Source: Mobula hypostoma (Eukaryota). From it: DNA of 64,000 bases. The position numbers and the translations under genes were made by a program. Positions 63,081-64,000 of the stretch are shown in pieces. The stretch is from positions 4,030,001-4,094,000 of the forward strand of contig NC_086108.1 of the NCBI RefSeq assembly GCF_963921235.1. The letters run 5' to 3'. How positions within the stretch are numbered: position 1 is the first letter of the stretch; every line of letters starts with the position of its first letter. The notes below the pieces were generated by a model, which ran no database searches, had not been told where the DNA came from, and saw only the letters and a list, made by a program, of their open reading frames with translations.

Positions 63081-63201
63081 ATACTGGTTTCAACCCGGCC
63101 GTCTACAACCAAGTGGGTAGAGGACAAGGGAACCCCACTTCCAGGCAAACGGCGACAGTACTACACTGCAGTCACGTTAGAGGATGCAGCCAGGCCACTG
63201 G
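63081..63201 (+). other. Candidate internal exon (121 nt) of an unidentified host transcript
   Basis: Acceptor AATTTTCTTCTCCAATTTAG, donor GG|GTAAGA; two open frames (e.g. ILVSTRPSTTKWVEDKGTPLPGKRRQYYTAVTLEDAARPL); unique, CpG-retaining. Confidence 0.45.
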
Positions 63202-64000
63202 GTAAGATAGTTCTTTCTGTAATCAACATTATTACCTCTCTGAGCAACACTGACCTTAGTCTTATCTCGACTTCCCAACATCACCAAGCCTTCAGTTCTA
63301 TCCACTTGGCTAGTCTCCCATCAACACTCACCAATTTTTCTGGGTGCGTCCTTTCCAGACGTATCACGGCTTAGTACGGCAACTGCTCTGGTTGTGACCT
63401 CAAGAACCTAGAGAGAGTTGTGGACTCATCTCAGCACATCACGGGTACCACTCCCCTCCATGGACCCTGTCTACACTTCCCACCGTCTCAGTGAAGGAGC
63501 CAGAATAATCAAAGACCCCCACCCACCCAGACGTTCTGTCTTCTCCCCCCCTCTCATCGGGCAGAAGATACAAAAGTTTGAAAGCACATCTCACGTCCCA
63601 CAGGCTTCTATACCACTGTTATCAGACTCTTGAGTGACCCAGAACCAGGGAGAGGTGGTGGGCAAGTTGTGAGATCCATTACCCCAATATGATCCTGCAC
63701 CTTACTGCACTTTCTGTGTAGTTGTTACACTTTATTCTGTGTCTGTTATTGTTTGACCTTGTTTTACCTCAATGCACTGTGTAATGATTTGATCTGTATG
63801 AACTATTTTATGCCATGGACCCCTACTATGAACCAAGGGCTTCCTGGACCCCAGATTGGGAACCCTGCTATAAACAGTATGCAAAGCGATCTTTCCACTG
63901 TACTCAGTACCTGTGGGAATAATAAACAACTTCCATTTCCCCAGTTCCTCCACTCTTTGACCAGCTGAGCTCCCTCAACCTCACCCCCGCCTCCTTTCAA

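Overview
Eukaryotic, repeat-dominated vertebrate DNA. The repeat repertoire (CR1 LINEs with SGNH-esterase ORF1, HE1-like tRNA-derived V-SINEs, Rex1/Babar-like and RTE LINEs, Penelope-like elements) points to a cartilaginous fish, probably a ray; this is inference. Most ORFs in the supplied track are retroelement fragments or low-complexity artefacts. Main features: (1) a full-length CR1 (~18.15-22.43 kb) with a 912-codon open ORF2; (2) several deep nested-insertion stacks with readable target-site duplications (TSDs); (3) three Chapaev3-type DNA transposon derivatives, two with CAC termini and TWA TSDs; (4) Penelope-like elements whose terminal repeats carry a minimal hammerhead-ribozyme motif; (5) tandem arrays built from retroelement 3' ends; (6) a CpG-island promoter near 25 kb (X-box-like site, CRE, GC box, E-box) plus a few well-bounded candidate exons of a host transcript I cannot name. 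I found no recognisable host gene and no convincing novel multi-gene system. Element boundaries without a stated TSD are approximate.
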